Source: Callorhinchus milii
Taxonomy: Eukaryota
Direction of reading: 5' to 3'
Length of the DNA: 64,000 bases
Assembly (NCBI RefSeq): GCF_018977255.1
Contig: NW_024704742.1
Location: forward strand, 59,584,001 to 59,648,000
The translations under genes were made by a program, and so were the position numbers. Below the pieces are notes generated by a model. The model saw only the letters and a list, made by a program, of their open reading frames with translations, ran no database searches and was not told the DNA's origin. Shown one piece after another: positions 12,657 to 24,553 of the stretch (position 1 is the first letter of the stretch; every line of letters begins with the position of its first letter).

Positions 12657-13825
12657 CAATAACAACAACAAAATTACATTTGTATAGCGCCTTTCACGTT
12701 AGGAGGACTTCCCAAGGCGCTGGACAATCAGTGTTTCGGACCTGAGCTGGGGATCCAGATCAGGGAGGATGGAAGTCAGGGGGGAAGGAGGGTAATCAAA
12801 GGCATGGTCGAAGAGGTGGGTCTTGAAGGAGGCAAGGGAGGAGGACCAGGATCTTGTGGTGCATCCTCTGTGTGATGGGAAGCCAGTGGAGTTGGGCGAG
12901 GATGGGGGTGATAGGGTCATGGCGCTTGGTGCGGGAGAGGACATGGGCTGCAGAGTTCTGGATGATCTGCAGCCTATGGAGGAAGGAGTTGAGGAGGCCG
13001 ACAAGAAGGGAGTTTGCATAGTTAAGCCATGATGTTATGAATGCTTCTATTAGGGTCTCAGCGTCCTGCGGTGCGAGACAGTGGCAGAGCCGGGCGATGT
13101 TGCAGATATGGGGGAAGGGGGAGCAGGTCATCTTACAGATGTGGCGTAGAAAGGATAGTTGAGGGTCAAATAAGTCAACAAGGTTCTGGACTGGCTCAGT
13201 GAGGTGGAGTGTGCATCCTTGGATGGTGATGCTGTCAGCGCCTGAGGTGTGGAGGCACTGACAGGAGCCAATCAGGAGGGCTTTGCTCTTGTTTACGTTC
13301 AACTGAAGAAAGTTAGCTCTCATCCAGGACTTGATGTCTGACAGATATTCCTGTCAGGACCCAGTTTTCCTGGAGTCAAGGATGGATGCAGAGAGATATA
13401 GTTGGATGTCATCTGCATACATGTGGAAGTTGACCCCATGTGTGCGGATGATCTCACCAAGAGGGAGCAGATAGATATTGAAGGGTTTCTGAAGGGAGTG
13501 GCAGGAGAAGAAGGAGTTAAGCTGGGAAGCAAGGAATCTTTCCAGGACCTTGGAAATGAAAGGGTGGTTGGAAATGGGGCAGTAGTTTGAGAGCAGGGAT
13601 GGGTTTGGGAGATTTTTTTAAGGAGTAATGGTGGCTGTTTTTAAAAGGGTGGGAACTGTGCCAGTGGACAGGGAATGGTTTATGATGTCTGTGAGTAGGA
13701 AGGCAAAGAGGTGGAGCTGGGAGGTAACGTGAGGGGTAGGGATGCGTTTGAGGGAGCGGGTTGGTTTCATGCGGGTTACAGTGGTGGTGAGAGAGGAGTG
13801 GGAGATGGGTGAGAGTGGGAGACAG
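12657..13825 (-). mobile_element. L2 LINE, 5'-truncated with internal deletions
   Basis: MRANFLQLNVNKSK...LQIIQNSAAHVL...LHWLPI; (GTT)n tail at about 12657-12672. Confidence 0.95.
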
Positions 13826-13832
13826 GAAACAT

Positions 13833-13986
13833 CTTCAATTCAGTCTTAATTAGGAAGCTGGTTCTTTCTAGAACTGCAGAAGACTAGTTTCTAAACTAAG
13901 AAAGAAATCCAGAATTTTTCACAATTCTGCACCTTCTTAAATTGTAAGACAAGTAGTCTTACTAAGACTAGATGGAATTTATGGCC
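13833..13986. repeat. Unclassified fold-back (MITE-like) repeat
   Basis: Imperfect palindrome at 13837-13908; arm motif recurs at 44471-44520, 48866-48890 and 50931-50957. Confidence 0.55.
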
Positions 13987-14164
13987 TCACATTGCTTAAC
14001 TCATACTTTATATTATAAGCTATCCATCTGATCAGAGAACACTGGGCCAATGTCAATACTTATCTTTGACTCAATAAATAATTGGTCATAAAAAAACTTA
14101 ATGTTTCCTGTGATGGATCTTTCCCACTAATAACACTAACACTAATGCTAACATTGACATTAAT

Positions 14165-14440
14165 GTGCCATCCTCCGATGTGAAAGGCTCTATATTAAAT
14201 GCAAGAATTATTATAATAATAATAATAATCCTTCCACTTACTATACAGCTTTTATTTTGGGAAGACATTCCAAAGCGTTTCCCAGAATATACAGCAGCTG
14301 TATGTTTTGTGGGCTCATGCATCCCAGCATTGCAATGGAGGGTCACCTTAGACTATATGAGTTAAATTCCCGACAAGGTGCTTAAACACATGACTTTCTA
14401 ACTCAGAGGCAAGAGTGCTACCAACTGAGCCAGGCTGACA
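14165..14440. mobile_element. SINE/L2 tail (+) joined tail-to-tail with an internally deleted Deu-SINE (-)
   Basis: Two tails share one ATT/TAA tract at about 14207-14229; reverse-complement tRNA head at 14370-14440. Confidence 0.75.
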
Positions 14441-14892
14441 TTTATTATTATTAATAATAACATTTCTCAGCTTTCCTCCTTGGTCACAAATAGTAACAGT
14501 CTCCTTTGCATTCTTTGCAGAACAATTCTAAGGCATTAATACAACTTAGTTGTAATGATATTCAGCAGAACGAATATTTATAATATACAGTCACCAGTAA
14601 CAATGAATTGAACCGTGACAGGAGTTAATGAGTAAGAGTCTACAGATTTCACACTCAGAAAATAAATGCTGAACAAATTTGAATTAGATTTTTGAGATTA
14701 ACTGAATTAAATAAAAAAGCCACTTGAGTTTAAATTATCAGACATAGCTCAGCAATGAATATCATTTACCTTTTCTAAATGCATAACATCTTGCATGAGA
14801 ATATAATAAAAGAAAATTAATAAGTAACAGCAATAAATAACAGATTCACCAATTATTCTGCAAATCCAGTCCCCAACAGAGTGGATTAGTTT

Positions 14893-15200
14893 GTTAGCCT
14901 GGTTCAGCTGGTAGCACTCTAGCCTCTAGGTTGGAAGGGTATGGGTTCAAGCTCCACTTTTGGACTTAGAACTTACAGTCTAGGCTGGTGTTCCAGTACA
15001 ATGTTGGAGGTGCTGGGAGTGCTGCATTTTTGTTAGTGCCATCTTTCAGGTGAGACATTAAACCAATGTCTGTGTGTTCAGGATCAGGATAGTGGATGGT
15101 AGATAAAGTTTCTTCTGGTGTCCTGGCTAACAATCGCTCGCTAAAATCAGGCATTCACTTCAATGTGCACAAAGTAGTTGCCAGATATGCCTACAAAGTA
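14893..15200 (+). mobile_element. Deu-domain SINE
   Basis: Head GCCTGGTTCAGCTGGTAGCACTCT...GGGTTCAAGC; Deu core GGAGTGCTGCAT...CTTTCAGGTGAGACATTAAAC. Confidence 0.8.
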
Positions 15201-15507
15201 CACTTGGAAGTATCGCCTGTGATAGTTTCTCAACAGATCAAGCTCTTTTCTCTCTTTAAAGCTTCAACATCCTTTTCTTCCCACATTATTCTCTCCCCAC
15301 AGTGACAGCCCATCTCTTTCCCTTAGAGTGCCAGGTCAAAGAGACAGCACCAGAGAAGCGTCAGCTGAGGTCCTCTCGCTTCCGGGTCCTCTTGTTTACT
15401 TGGCAAAAGTGCTAGTTATTTCACTACAGAACTCCACAAATCTCCCCCTGAAGTGCTGTCTGGCAAGCTTTACCGCTACTTGGGGGAAAGTTAGCCAGGC
15501 AGGACCT

Positions 15508-15884
15508 GTGGAGTCCTGGAGCGTGGTGGTTGCCATGCTCGCCTCGCAGGTGGGGGACCTGGGTTCAGTTCCCAGGCAGGGTAAAACCTTGGCGGGTTTC
15601 CTTGCTCCACACACCTCTGTTGAATTAGCAGTGAGAAGGAACCCAATTGTTAGTCTATTGGTGCATTGCTTTCCAGGGGTAATAATCCTTCCCCCAAAAA
15701 TAATAATAATTTGGTTACTCAATCCATGACTGTTTGTGGAACACTGCTGTGCACAAATATTTCTACCACATTTCTCCCACAAAATAGTAAATTCACTTTA
15801 CAGTATATTCTGTGAAGCGCTTTGAGACGTCTCAAGGACGTGATAATGCGCTATATCAAATGCAAAGTTTATTATCATCATTAT
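15508..15884 (+). mobile_element. Full-length tRNA-Ala SINE, long (older) form
   Basis: Same head and 3' half as 12044 plus about 63 extra nt (15617-15679); tail loop TCAAG. Confidence 0.93.
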
Positions 15885-15894
15885 CTACCTCAAT

Positions 15895-15990
15895 GCAGAG
15901 CAGAATGGGGATTGAACGTAGGTTCTTGTTTATCCATATGGCTGAATGACACACCAGCCATTGCATTTATTCCCTGAGCTATCTGGGGAA
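15895..15990 (-). mobile_element. Possible head of a third, old tRNA-related SINE
   Basis: Reverse complement has an A-box-like TAGCTCAGGG and a B-box-like GTTCAATCCC with a long spacer. Confidence 0.4.
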
Positions 15991-17414
15991 ACAACTTCTT
16001 CATTTAATCAACAAGAGTAACTTTCTGCTCTCCCATATTCCTGTCAGTTGGTGTATATCTGTCACAAACATGTCGCAAACACAACCACTCGTATAGGGCA
16101 CAATGGTGCAAGCTCAGTGAGTAAACAAATTTTATTAGATTTGTTTGTGAACTTTGCTCTAAGGTTTCAAAAGTATTATCTACTCTACTGAGGTTCAGAC
16201 AAATTCCGACTTGTGTCTGTTTGCTGATCTCGGCACAGCAAAGCTTGAAGAAGAAGCCTGCTGTTTAATTCAAACTAATTTATCTCCCAAGGACTGAATG
16301 ACTTCACAACCATGTTCTTATATAAAGAACAGCCCCATGACAAATGCAGCACTGAGTACACTGAACTTATTTTGATATCCACATGCAGCCCATTTGATCG
16401 TCAAAAAATTATATAATGACTGGTCTTCACGCTGGCTGTGGCTTTGATCCAGCTTTCACTGAACGTGTTTGCACGTCTGCAGTGATGGACAAAATTAGCT
16501 AAGCGTGCAAAGATAAAGGAGGGCAAACAAAGAAATACACAACATGCCACCCATCAGGATGATAACACCCATTATATCGCAGTGCAGGGATGACTGAGCT
16601 GAGCTGTGGTTTTAGAGAACTCTGCTTGCATTGAGTCCTCCCTTGTGGCCAGTAAATTCGCAAGCCTCCATGCTATGCTGCAGCCTATGATATAATGAAC
16701 AACAACAACTTGCATTTATACAGCACCTTTCATGCTGTAAAGTGGTCATAGAATGAAGGAATATAAAATTGGTTTCATATCATGTCTATATAATTTAGTC
16801 CATTTAGTTTCATAATAGATCATCTTTAATTTCATATATTTACCTACATAACATCAATCAGTGCACTTCAAAATGAGTGAAGCGTTTGGAGGATGTTTCA
16901 ATGTGACAAAGCACTATATAAATATCAAGAAATTATTATTTTTTTAGATTCTTTGGTTGTCACAGTCACGAGAATTTATTTATGAACTCAATTTATAAAT
17001 TGCATATCTACTTTCGGAGTATACAAAACAGAGTTCCACATACACATGCAAATTTGTCTGTGTCTGGAATCGAATATGCACTCTCCCCCTGGAGGAATGT
17101 ATCCTGCTTATGTAATTCTGAAAGTATTGTTTGGACCCCAAAGTGTGGGTTGGGTGTACTACTGGAGTCTAACCAGCTAAAATTGCATAGCATGTCATTG
17201 AGAGTATTGCCTAGAAGTTTCCCACTGCTTGTCCAGCTAACCATTTGGACTTTGGCTAAGAGTGAACATGGAAACAGGCCAATTGGCCAAACCAATCCAT
17301 GCTGGTTCAATAGCTCAGATGAATGAATGAGTGGAGTTTATCGCTTGGGTTTAAATCAAGGGATGAGTGGTTTAGTAGAGACAAAAGAAATAATGACTTT
17401 TTTCAATGACTAAG

Positions 17415-17805
17415 AACAACAACAACTTGAATTTATACAGTGCTTATCATTCAGGGTGGTTTCCAAGAACATTTGACAGTGGCGGAGCACAACACCGAGC
17501 TGGGGAGAGGTGACTGTAGGCATGGTCGAAGAGGAAGATCTTCAGGTGCGGAAGGGGTAAGGCTGAAGGACAGAGGAAGTGTTCCAGAGTTTTGAGGTAC
17601 AGTGACTGAAAGTAAGGCCATCATTGGTGGAGTGGAGGGCACAAGGGACATGCAGGAGGCTGGAATCAGTCGAGCGGAGGCAGTGTGTTGTGGGATGCGG
17701 AGTAAGCAGGTCGGAGAGGTAGGAAGGTACAAGGGGATGAAGGGATTTGAAAACAATGGTGTGGATCTTGAAATCGATCTGTTCGGTGATAGGAAGGCTC
17801 GAGAG
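17415..17805 (-). mobile_element. L2 3' end
   Basis: (GTT)n tail; decayed PKLWN / LKIFLFDHA region. Confidence 0.85.
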
Positions 17806-17809
17806 AGGT

Positions 17810-18155
17810 ATTTTAAATTATGAGGGGGCTTGTCAGAGAGAAATTATTTCCACTGGTTGCTGAGTCAGTGACTAGAGGGCATCAATGTAGCACAATAAGC
17901 AAGGGAGGATCGGGAGAGATCAGATGGATCTTTTTTGCACAGACTTGTTATGATGTGGAATTTTCTGCAGGTTTCAGGGGTTGAGACAGGATCTACATAG
18001 ATTTCAAAAGGGAACTAGATAGATATTTAAAAGTAATAATTTACTGGGATATTGGGGAAAAAGGCAGGTAAATGTAACTGAATGGATTGTTCTATCAAAG
18101 ACATAGCACAGATACTATAGGCCAAATGGCCATCTTCTATGTTGTAAATTTCTAT
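17810..18155 (+). mobile_element. CR1 3' end, decayed
   Basis: KLFPLVAESVTRGH-like coding remnant; GGGCCAAATGGCC...TTCTATGTTGTAAATTTCTATG tail. Confidence 0.8.
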
Positions 18156-18539
18156 GGTACAATACTGCACCATTAATTGTCACTATATGTTATTTGTACC
18201 ACTGAAGGCATCGTATTCAAAAAATTCCATTGTATTTAATCAGCTTGATGGTCACCAGCAGAACACTGTTTCAATAAGTAAGACTATGGCCTTTTTTCGC
18301 CTCATACGCTTGATCAAACAGTCAACCCTCCTTTAATCCATTCCCAAATTTTCCATTTTATGTACAGAACACTTTCTTTTTGTTTTACCAGCTACCACAG
18401 CAATAGTTTTTTTTNAATCCTCTCTTGTTCAATTTATAGTTTATGTCTTTCTAGTATTCCATTTTGTTTCAACACATCAATACATACATGTGATGTAGCA
18501 CCTTTCAAGTCAGCAGGATATTTCTGTCTCAATGTGCTT

Positions 18540-18890
18540 GGCAGGATTTACTGTAATTTATAGAGAGTTTGTGTTTTGTGGGTGAATGCAGCAACCGATT
18601 TGTGCACAATAATATCCCACAAACACCCATGGAGTAAATGACCAATTTTATCTGTGGATTGTTGGCCAGGACGCTGTTCTTTTTGAATATTGCCATGGAA
18701 TCTTTAGTGTCCACCCAAACAGGCAGATAGGACCTCAGGTTAATGTCAAAATGGAAAGACGGCACCTCCAATAATGCAATGCTGCCCAGAACTGCATTAG
18801 AGTGTCATCAAGGATTATGAATTCAAATATCCAACATTGGATTTGAATTCACAACCTTCTATCTCAGAGGCGAGAGTGCTACCAACTAGC
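18540..18890 (-). mobile_element. Deu-domain SINE
   Basis: Reverse-complement head (CTCAGAGGCGAGAGTGCTACCAACT) and Deu core. Confidence 0.85.
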
Positions 18891-19095
18891 ATTCACATTT
18901 ATTTATCACCATAACCTGATTTGGCAAACTGGATAACATGAGGACTTCATGTTTATAATAATAATAATCATTCTTGCATTTGATACAGCACCTTATCAGG
19001 TCTTTGAGATGACTCAAAGTGCTTCCAGAATATACTGTAAAGTGAATTGACTGTTATATTTGTGGGCAAATTTTAATACAATTTGGAGTCTGCTT

Positions 19096-20133
19096 AACAA
19101 CAACAAATTACATATGTTATAGAGGCTTTCACGTTGGGAGGAGGTCCCAAAGGATTATGCATCCAAGGTGGAGGTTAGGATCAGCAGGGGTGGAGGCCAG
19201 GGAGGGTGATGGTAGAAGGGTGACCGAAGGCATAGTTCAAGAGGAAGTTCTTGAGACTGGCTTTAACATAAACATAACATAACATGTAGGAGCAGGAGTA
19301 GGCCATTCGGCCCTTTGAGCCTACCCTGCCATTAAATCATGGCTGATCTTCTAATCTAACTCCAGCTAATAACCTAACCCTGCCTTATCCCCATATCCCT
19401 TAATCCCTTTTGCAATAAGAAATCTATCTATCTCAGTCTTCAATATGTTCAAGGAGTGAGCGACAACAGCCCTTTGGGGTAGTGAGTTCCATACATTCAC
19501 CACCCTTTGAGTGAAGAAGTTCTTCCTCAACTCAGTACGAAAGGGCTGGCCTCTGATTTTAAGATTGTGACCCCTGGTTTTAGTTTCTCCAACCAGGGAA
19601 AACAATCTCCCACTATCTACTATCATGCCCTTTGATGATCTTATAGGTTTCTATAAGATCCCCTCTAATTCTTCTATATTCTAGAGAATATATGCCCAAC
19701 TTGGTCAGCCTATCCTCATAACTCATCCCCTTCATCCCTCGTACTAACCTAGTAAATGTACGCTGCACCCCCTCCAAGGCAAGTACATCCTTCCTTAAAT
19801 AAGGAGACCAAAACTGCACGCGGTATTCCAGGTGTGGTCTCACCAGGGCCCTATACAGTTGCAGCAAGACTTCCCTACTCTTATATTCTAATCCTTTCAT
19901 AATGAATGCATGAATGAATGACGGAGGCAAGGGCGAGATGAAGTGACTGTCGAATTAAGTTCCAAAGGGTGGGGGTAGAAAGGCTGAAGGCCTGACCGCT
20001 AATAATGGGACGGGCATGGTGGGGGTCATGGAGCAGGCCAGAGTCCACCAAGCGGAGGGAACATACAGGCTGGTATGGGTTAACAGGTCATGGAGTTATG
20101 GAGGAGCAAGATTGTAGAGGGCTTTGAAGGTGA
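19096..20133 (-). mobile_element. L2 3' end split by a CR1 insertion
   Basis: L2 tail at 19096-19264; L2 sequence resumes at about 19910. Confidence 0.85.
19265..19908 (-). mobile_element. CR1 LINE 3' fragment, relatively young, with one frameshift
   Basis: LLQLYRALVRPHLEYRVQFWSP...RRIRGDLIETYKI and KTRGHNLK...FFTQRVVNVWNSLP are typical CR1 ORF2 C-terminal motifs; (TATGT)n tail. Confidence 0.96.
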
Positions 20134-21679
20134 ATCAAAAATTGCTTAAAATCAGCTGTTGAAGAAACGCAATACAGGTTAATTTTGTCCAATGCCACCT
20201 AAGTTAGAACAATGTTTACTGCGATATTGACTTGATTGAGTGCAAGTTGCCGTCGTAAGGATGTGACATTGAAGATCAACCAGCATTAAAACAATAAACC
20301 TCAGGCTACTGTGTACAGTTATTCCATCACCCTTTGTCCTTCATATTAATGGTCACTTTTGGAATGCTTCTGGCAATAATTTAAAACAAACACTTTAATC
20401 TCCTAACACAACTCAGTGACTACACCCTGTAGCTTATTCTCCAGTACACAATACTAGAACCTGCACATTCATATTCACATCTCATTTCAGCAAATGTGAC
20501 AGATCAGACAAAAAACATTATTTTTACAGTAAGACAAGGTTATTTCAGCTTTACCATCCATCTATGAGCAATGTGACAGTGAAGATTTATGTCTTAAAAT
20601 TCAGAATTAAGCAACCTAACCATGTCTCTTGATACAGTGTGAGGAGTCTGCAGATGTTCAGAAAACAATGACTGAAGGCAAAATCCTTCTGTTTCAGAAA
20701 TCTAACCACACATGCAGTGGTGGTGGTCCACAGAGAGCAATACCTGCAAAATACTGTATTGGTACAGCTTCAGAAGCCTGACTGCTGATGTGCAGGATAT
20801 TCAGATTTCTGGAAGGGATGTCCAACGCAGCTGCAAAGTGAGAGGAGCTTTATAGTGAAGGCTGCATAACTTCAAGTGCAAAAAACAAATTCTGAGAAAG
20901 ATGACTCCATGCCAGATCATTCTGTATGAAACCCCCAACGCTGGACTTGGTTTCTTGTTTGTCGCTTTAAATGTTTTCGCGACTGAAAGTTTTATGGCTA
21001 ACACTGGCTGTGATGTTGGAGGAAAGGATTCAGTCTGACAGCTCTTCACTCCCTAATACAGTGAAAATCTGACAAACCCGTCACTGGTATCCTTCCAGGC
21101 TCTGGAATGTTCCTCTAGAGAAAAGCTGCAGCACTGATAGTGTCTGGGTAGATGAGAAAGAAATAACAGCCCACTGAATTGGTGTCATATAAACAACTTC
21201 TGTCACCAGTGATTTAGAGCAAGTGAGAATGTTAATGGTCTTCTACTGGTTTCTATCTTCACTCATCTGATGTTAATATGTCAAGGGAATAACCTTTTAT
21301 GCTGGTTCAGAGTACAGCACATATTACGCTAATGGCTGATGCTAGAACACACTGAATGAGCTCAGTCATAACTGGCTTCATCTACTTCAGGGTTAAATGA
21401 CACAGTAACATAAGCAGCCAGCTTGCCCAGCGATGATCATTTACCTTCTGTAGCAATGCTTGTAACCTGCCATTAGGAGGGGAGCACGAGACAGATTATA
21501 ATGCAAGAATATTAATTGCTGCCCTTTTGAAGCAGATGAAGTAATGGCGGCAGACAGCTTGTCTTTATCATTTCACTCAAGATGAAGTGAACGTTTTGAG
21601 GGTAAAACATAATCTTTGTATTGGAAACTATTGGTGTACAAAAAGCTGTATTCCACCGCATTCTTTTCCACCCCAATCC

Positions 21680-21980
21680 TCTCTCCACCCTTTCACTCAG
21701 CCAGCTTCAGGCTTCTGCATGTGCCTTATCCCCTCCACTACACCAATGACAGCTGTGTTTTTATTCAGTATGCTCCAAAACTCTGGAACTCTCTGCCTCA
21801 AACATCCCACCTGACCTGCTCTTTGCCTGTCTTCAGATTGCACCTGAAGACCTACCTCTTCGACCATGCAACTCATCACCTCCCCTTTCTCCCCAGCTCG
21901 GCATCAAACTTTGTTGTTGTTTAGAGCTCGGAGACATGAAGATCACATGAAGATCACTAAATATATGCAAGTTGTTGTTT
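21680..21980 (+). mobile_element. L2 3' end
   Basis: YAPKLWNSLP...LKTYLFDHA; AAATATATGCAAGTTGTTGTT tail. Confidence 0.85.
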
Positions 21981-22077
21981 CTGCTGACAGACTACTGCCA
22001 TCAGTGCTTACATCATTTAGCTCTGCAATGTAATATTGTAAAAGATCTGGAACTAGAGAAAACTTTATTGAAGGAAG

Positions 22078-22510
22078 AATAATAATAATCATTGTATTTG
22101 ATACAGCATCAAATCACAATATCATGTGGTCTCAAAGTGCTTCACAAGATTTACTGCAAAGCGTAGTTACTGTATATTGTAGGTGAATGCAGCAGTTAAT
22201 TTTTGCACACCAATGTCCTACAGTCTTGAAATAAATGAGCAGCTTTATCTGGAAGATTAGCGGCCAGGATACAAGGAGAAACTCTCTTAACTTTCTGAGT
22301 AGCACCATGGGATCTTTATGATCCATTTGATGAGATGAGATCTCAGTTAAATGTCTCATCTGAAGGAAAGCATCTACAATAATGCAACACTCCCCCAAAA
22401 CTGTATTGGAGTGTCAGCCTCGATCAGGAACTCAAATCCTGACTTGGGGCTTGAACCCACATGCTTCTGAATTAAATGTGAGTATGCTACAAACTGAGCC
22501 AGACTGACAC
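22078..22510 (-). mobile_element. Near full-length Deu-domain SINE
   Basis: Head, Deu core and (ATT)n tail all present in reverse complement. Confidence 0.88.
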
Positions 22511-23457
22511 CTAATAAGCACCTGATAGAAAAGCAAATTTTGTGCAATCTGAACCTGTAACCATCTCTGTACAGATTCTCGAAAACACATCTGTTTTTTC
22601 TACACTGTAAAATTCCCAGGAGTGAAGCGATTGATGCTGCAGATGAATAGCCTTACTCAATTTAATTCAGAGGCATCAACATTAAGAAATACAGTTACTG
22701 AGCTCTGATTATCACCCTAAAATAACGCATTATTCCCTAAGCAAATTCACACTCGTCTCAATGATTTATAAATTACAATCTGCAAAGATAATAATTACAT
22801 ATTCTATAACGTATTGCATTATACATCTTAGTTATCTATTGCTGTGCTTTTTTCAAAGACACTTATACTCTGGCATTCTTTTAGTTCATAATTGAACAAA
22901 CAAAATAAAAGCAATTTTGAATTTGAAATTGCTGACTTGCCATTTTTCTTCCCAGTAAAATAAAGTACCAGAAATACAGTCAATACTGGAATACGTATCA
23001 ACAACAGATAAAGATCAGTCTCCTGCAACAAGTTATATAAGAAAGCATTTTATGTGCCATATCCAAAACTAATATGCAAGATTCCTAATAATAATGAGGG
23101 GGAAATCCAAGTTTAGATTTAGCTACCGTGGTAAACCTACAAGAATTTTACCATCTTTCAAGTCAACCAAAGATCACAAAACACAATATTAGTTTGGATG
23201 AAGAAGGAACTTAAACCAATCTGATCTCTTCTCCCAGAATACTCACCCATCATATTCCTCCCATCACAGCAACAAGTTGTTTTTGAAATGAATCCTGGTC
23301 TCAACCACCCTTTCCTGCTGTTTCAGTTAAGCACTCTCTGCATAAAGGAAAACCTCCTATTGTCTGTCCTGAAATTGTACTTTGCAGTCCTCTGCATATG
23401 ATCCCTTGCTTTTCTGGCTTGGTGCATCCAAAAGTAGAACACATTAAACCTGCCAAA

Positions 23458-23630
23458 TTCATAGAATCATGGAATCTTACAGCACAGAAGGAGGCCATTC
23501 GGCCCATCATGCCTGTGCTGGCTCCTTGAAAAAGTTATCCATCTTGTTCCACACCCGTGCTTTTACTTCATAACCCTGCAACTTTTTTTTTCCTTTTCAG
23601 GTACATATCCAATTTCCTTTTGATGGAATT
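23458..23630 (-). mobile_element. CR1 3' tail
   Basis: CATAGAATCATGGAATCTTACAGCACAGAAGGAGGCCATTCGGCCCATC, a CR1-type terminal motif. Confidence 0.85.
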
Positions 23631-24240
23631 CCTAATCAAATTCATGTAACTTCATAGCTCAGGCTGAACTCAAACTTCCAATTTCAGATCAATGGGGTGA
23701 AGATTCTGTGATCTATTGTGTTAATTATGGCCGGTGAAATGATTGGACCCGAATATGTCTGAGCCTAAATGAAACACCGACTTATCTCAACAACAACATT
23801 AAGATAGTATCCTGCGATGTAGCATTCTGCAAGCTAATAAGGCTATGGTGGCTTCAAGCCTATTTCGGGCATAACCATTGTCACAGTTGGGAGGAGATCA
23901 CAACTGAGGAGCAATCTTTAGCTAAACTGTGGTGAGTACATTATTAATTTCCTGTGATAATTATCAAGGATGATAATTAGCATGTTGCACATTGCATTTT
24001 TCACCCAATTTTGTGTAATTTTCAAATTCTAATCCCAATTGGCTGCAGCTTTGAAAGGTACTTGAAATCCTGCTGATCAATTGTTATGTAGTGGAGTAAT
24101 TTGAATTAATTTCATTAGAAAAGAATAAAAATCTGAACATGATTCTAAAGTCTCAAAACAGTTTTACCTCTACCTTTCAGGCCTATATGAAAATGTATTT
24201 TTTTAATTCCATTAGATGACAACCCATCTCATTTAAAATG

Positions 24241-24553
24241 ATAATAATAATAGTAATCCTTGCATTTGATGTAGTGCTTTTCACGTCGGGAGGACGTCCC
24301 AAAGCGCTTCACAGTACACACTGTAAAGTGAATTGACTGTATATTTGTGGGCGAACGCGGCAGCCAATTGCGCACAGCAATGTCCCACAAACAGTCGTAG
24401 ATTGAAAATGACCAATTTATTATTGTTTTGTTTTGGAGGGATTAATATTAGGTGTGTGGAGTAAACTTGCCCAAGGTTTCGCCCTGCCTGGAATTGAACT
24501 CAGGTCTCTCGCTTGCAAAGCGAGTGCTCTAACCACTGAGCTACAGGACTCCA
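24241..24553 (-). mobile_element. Full-length tRNA-Ala SINE, short form, best-preserved copy
   Basis: Intact A and B boxes; CpGs retained; few differences from 55128-55444. Confidence 0.96.

Noticed and set aside
18415..18415. Ambiguous base N at the end of a T run
   Set aside because: Sequencing or assembly uncertainty in a homopolymer.
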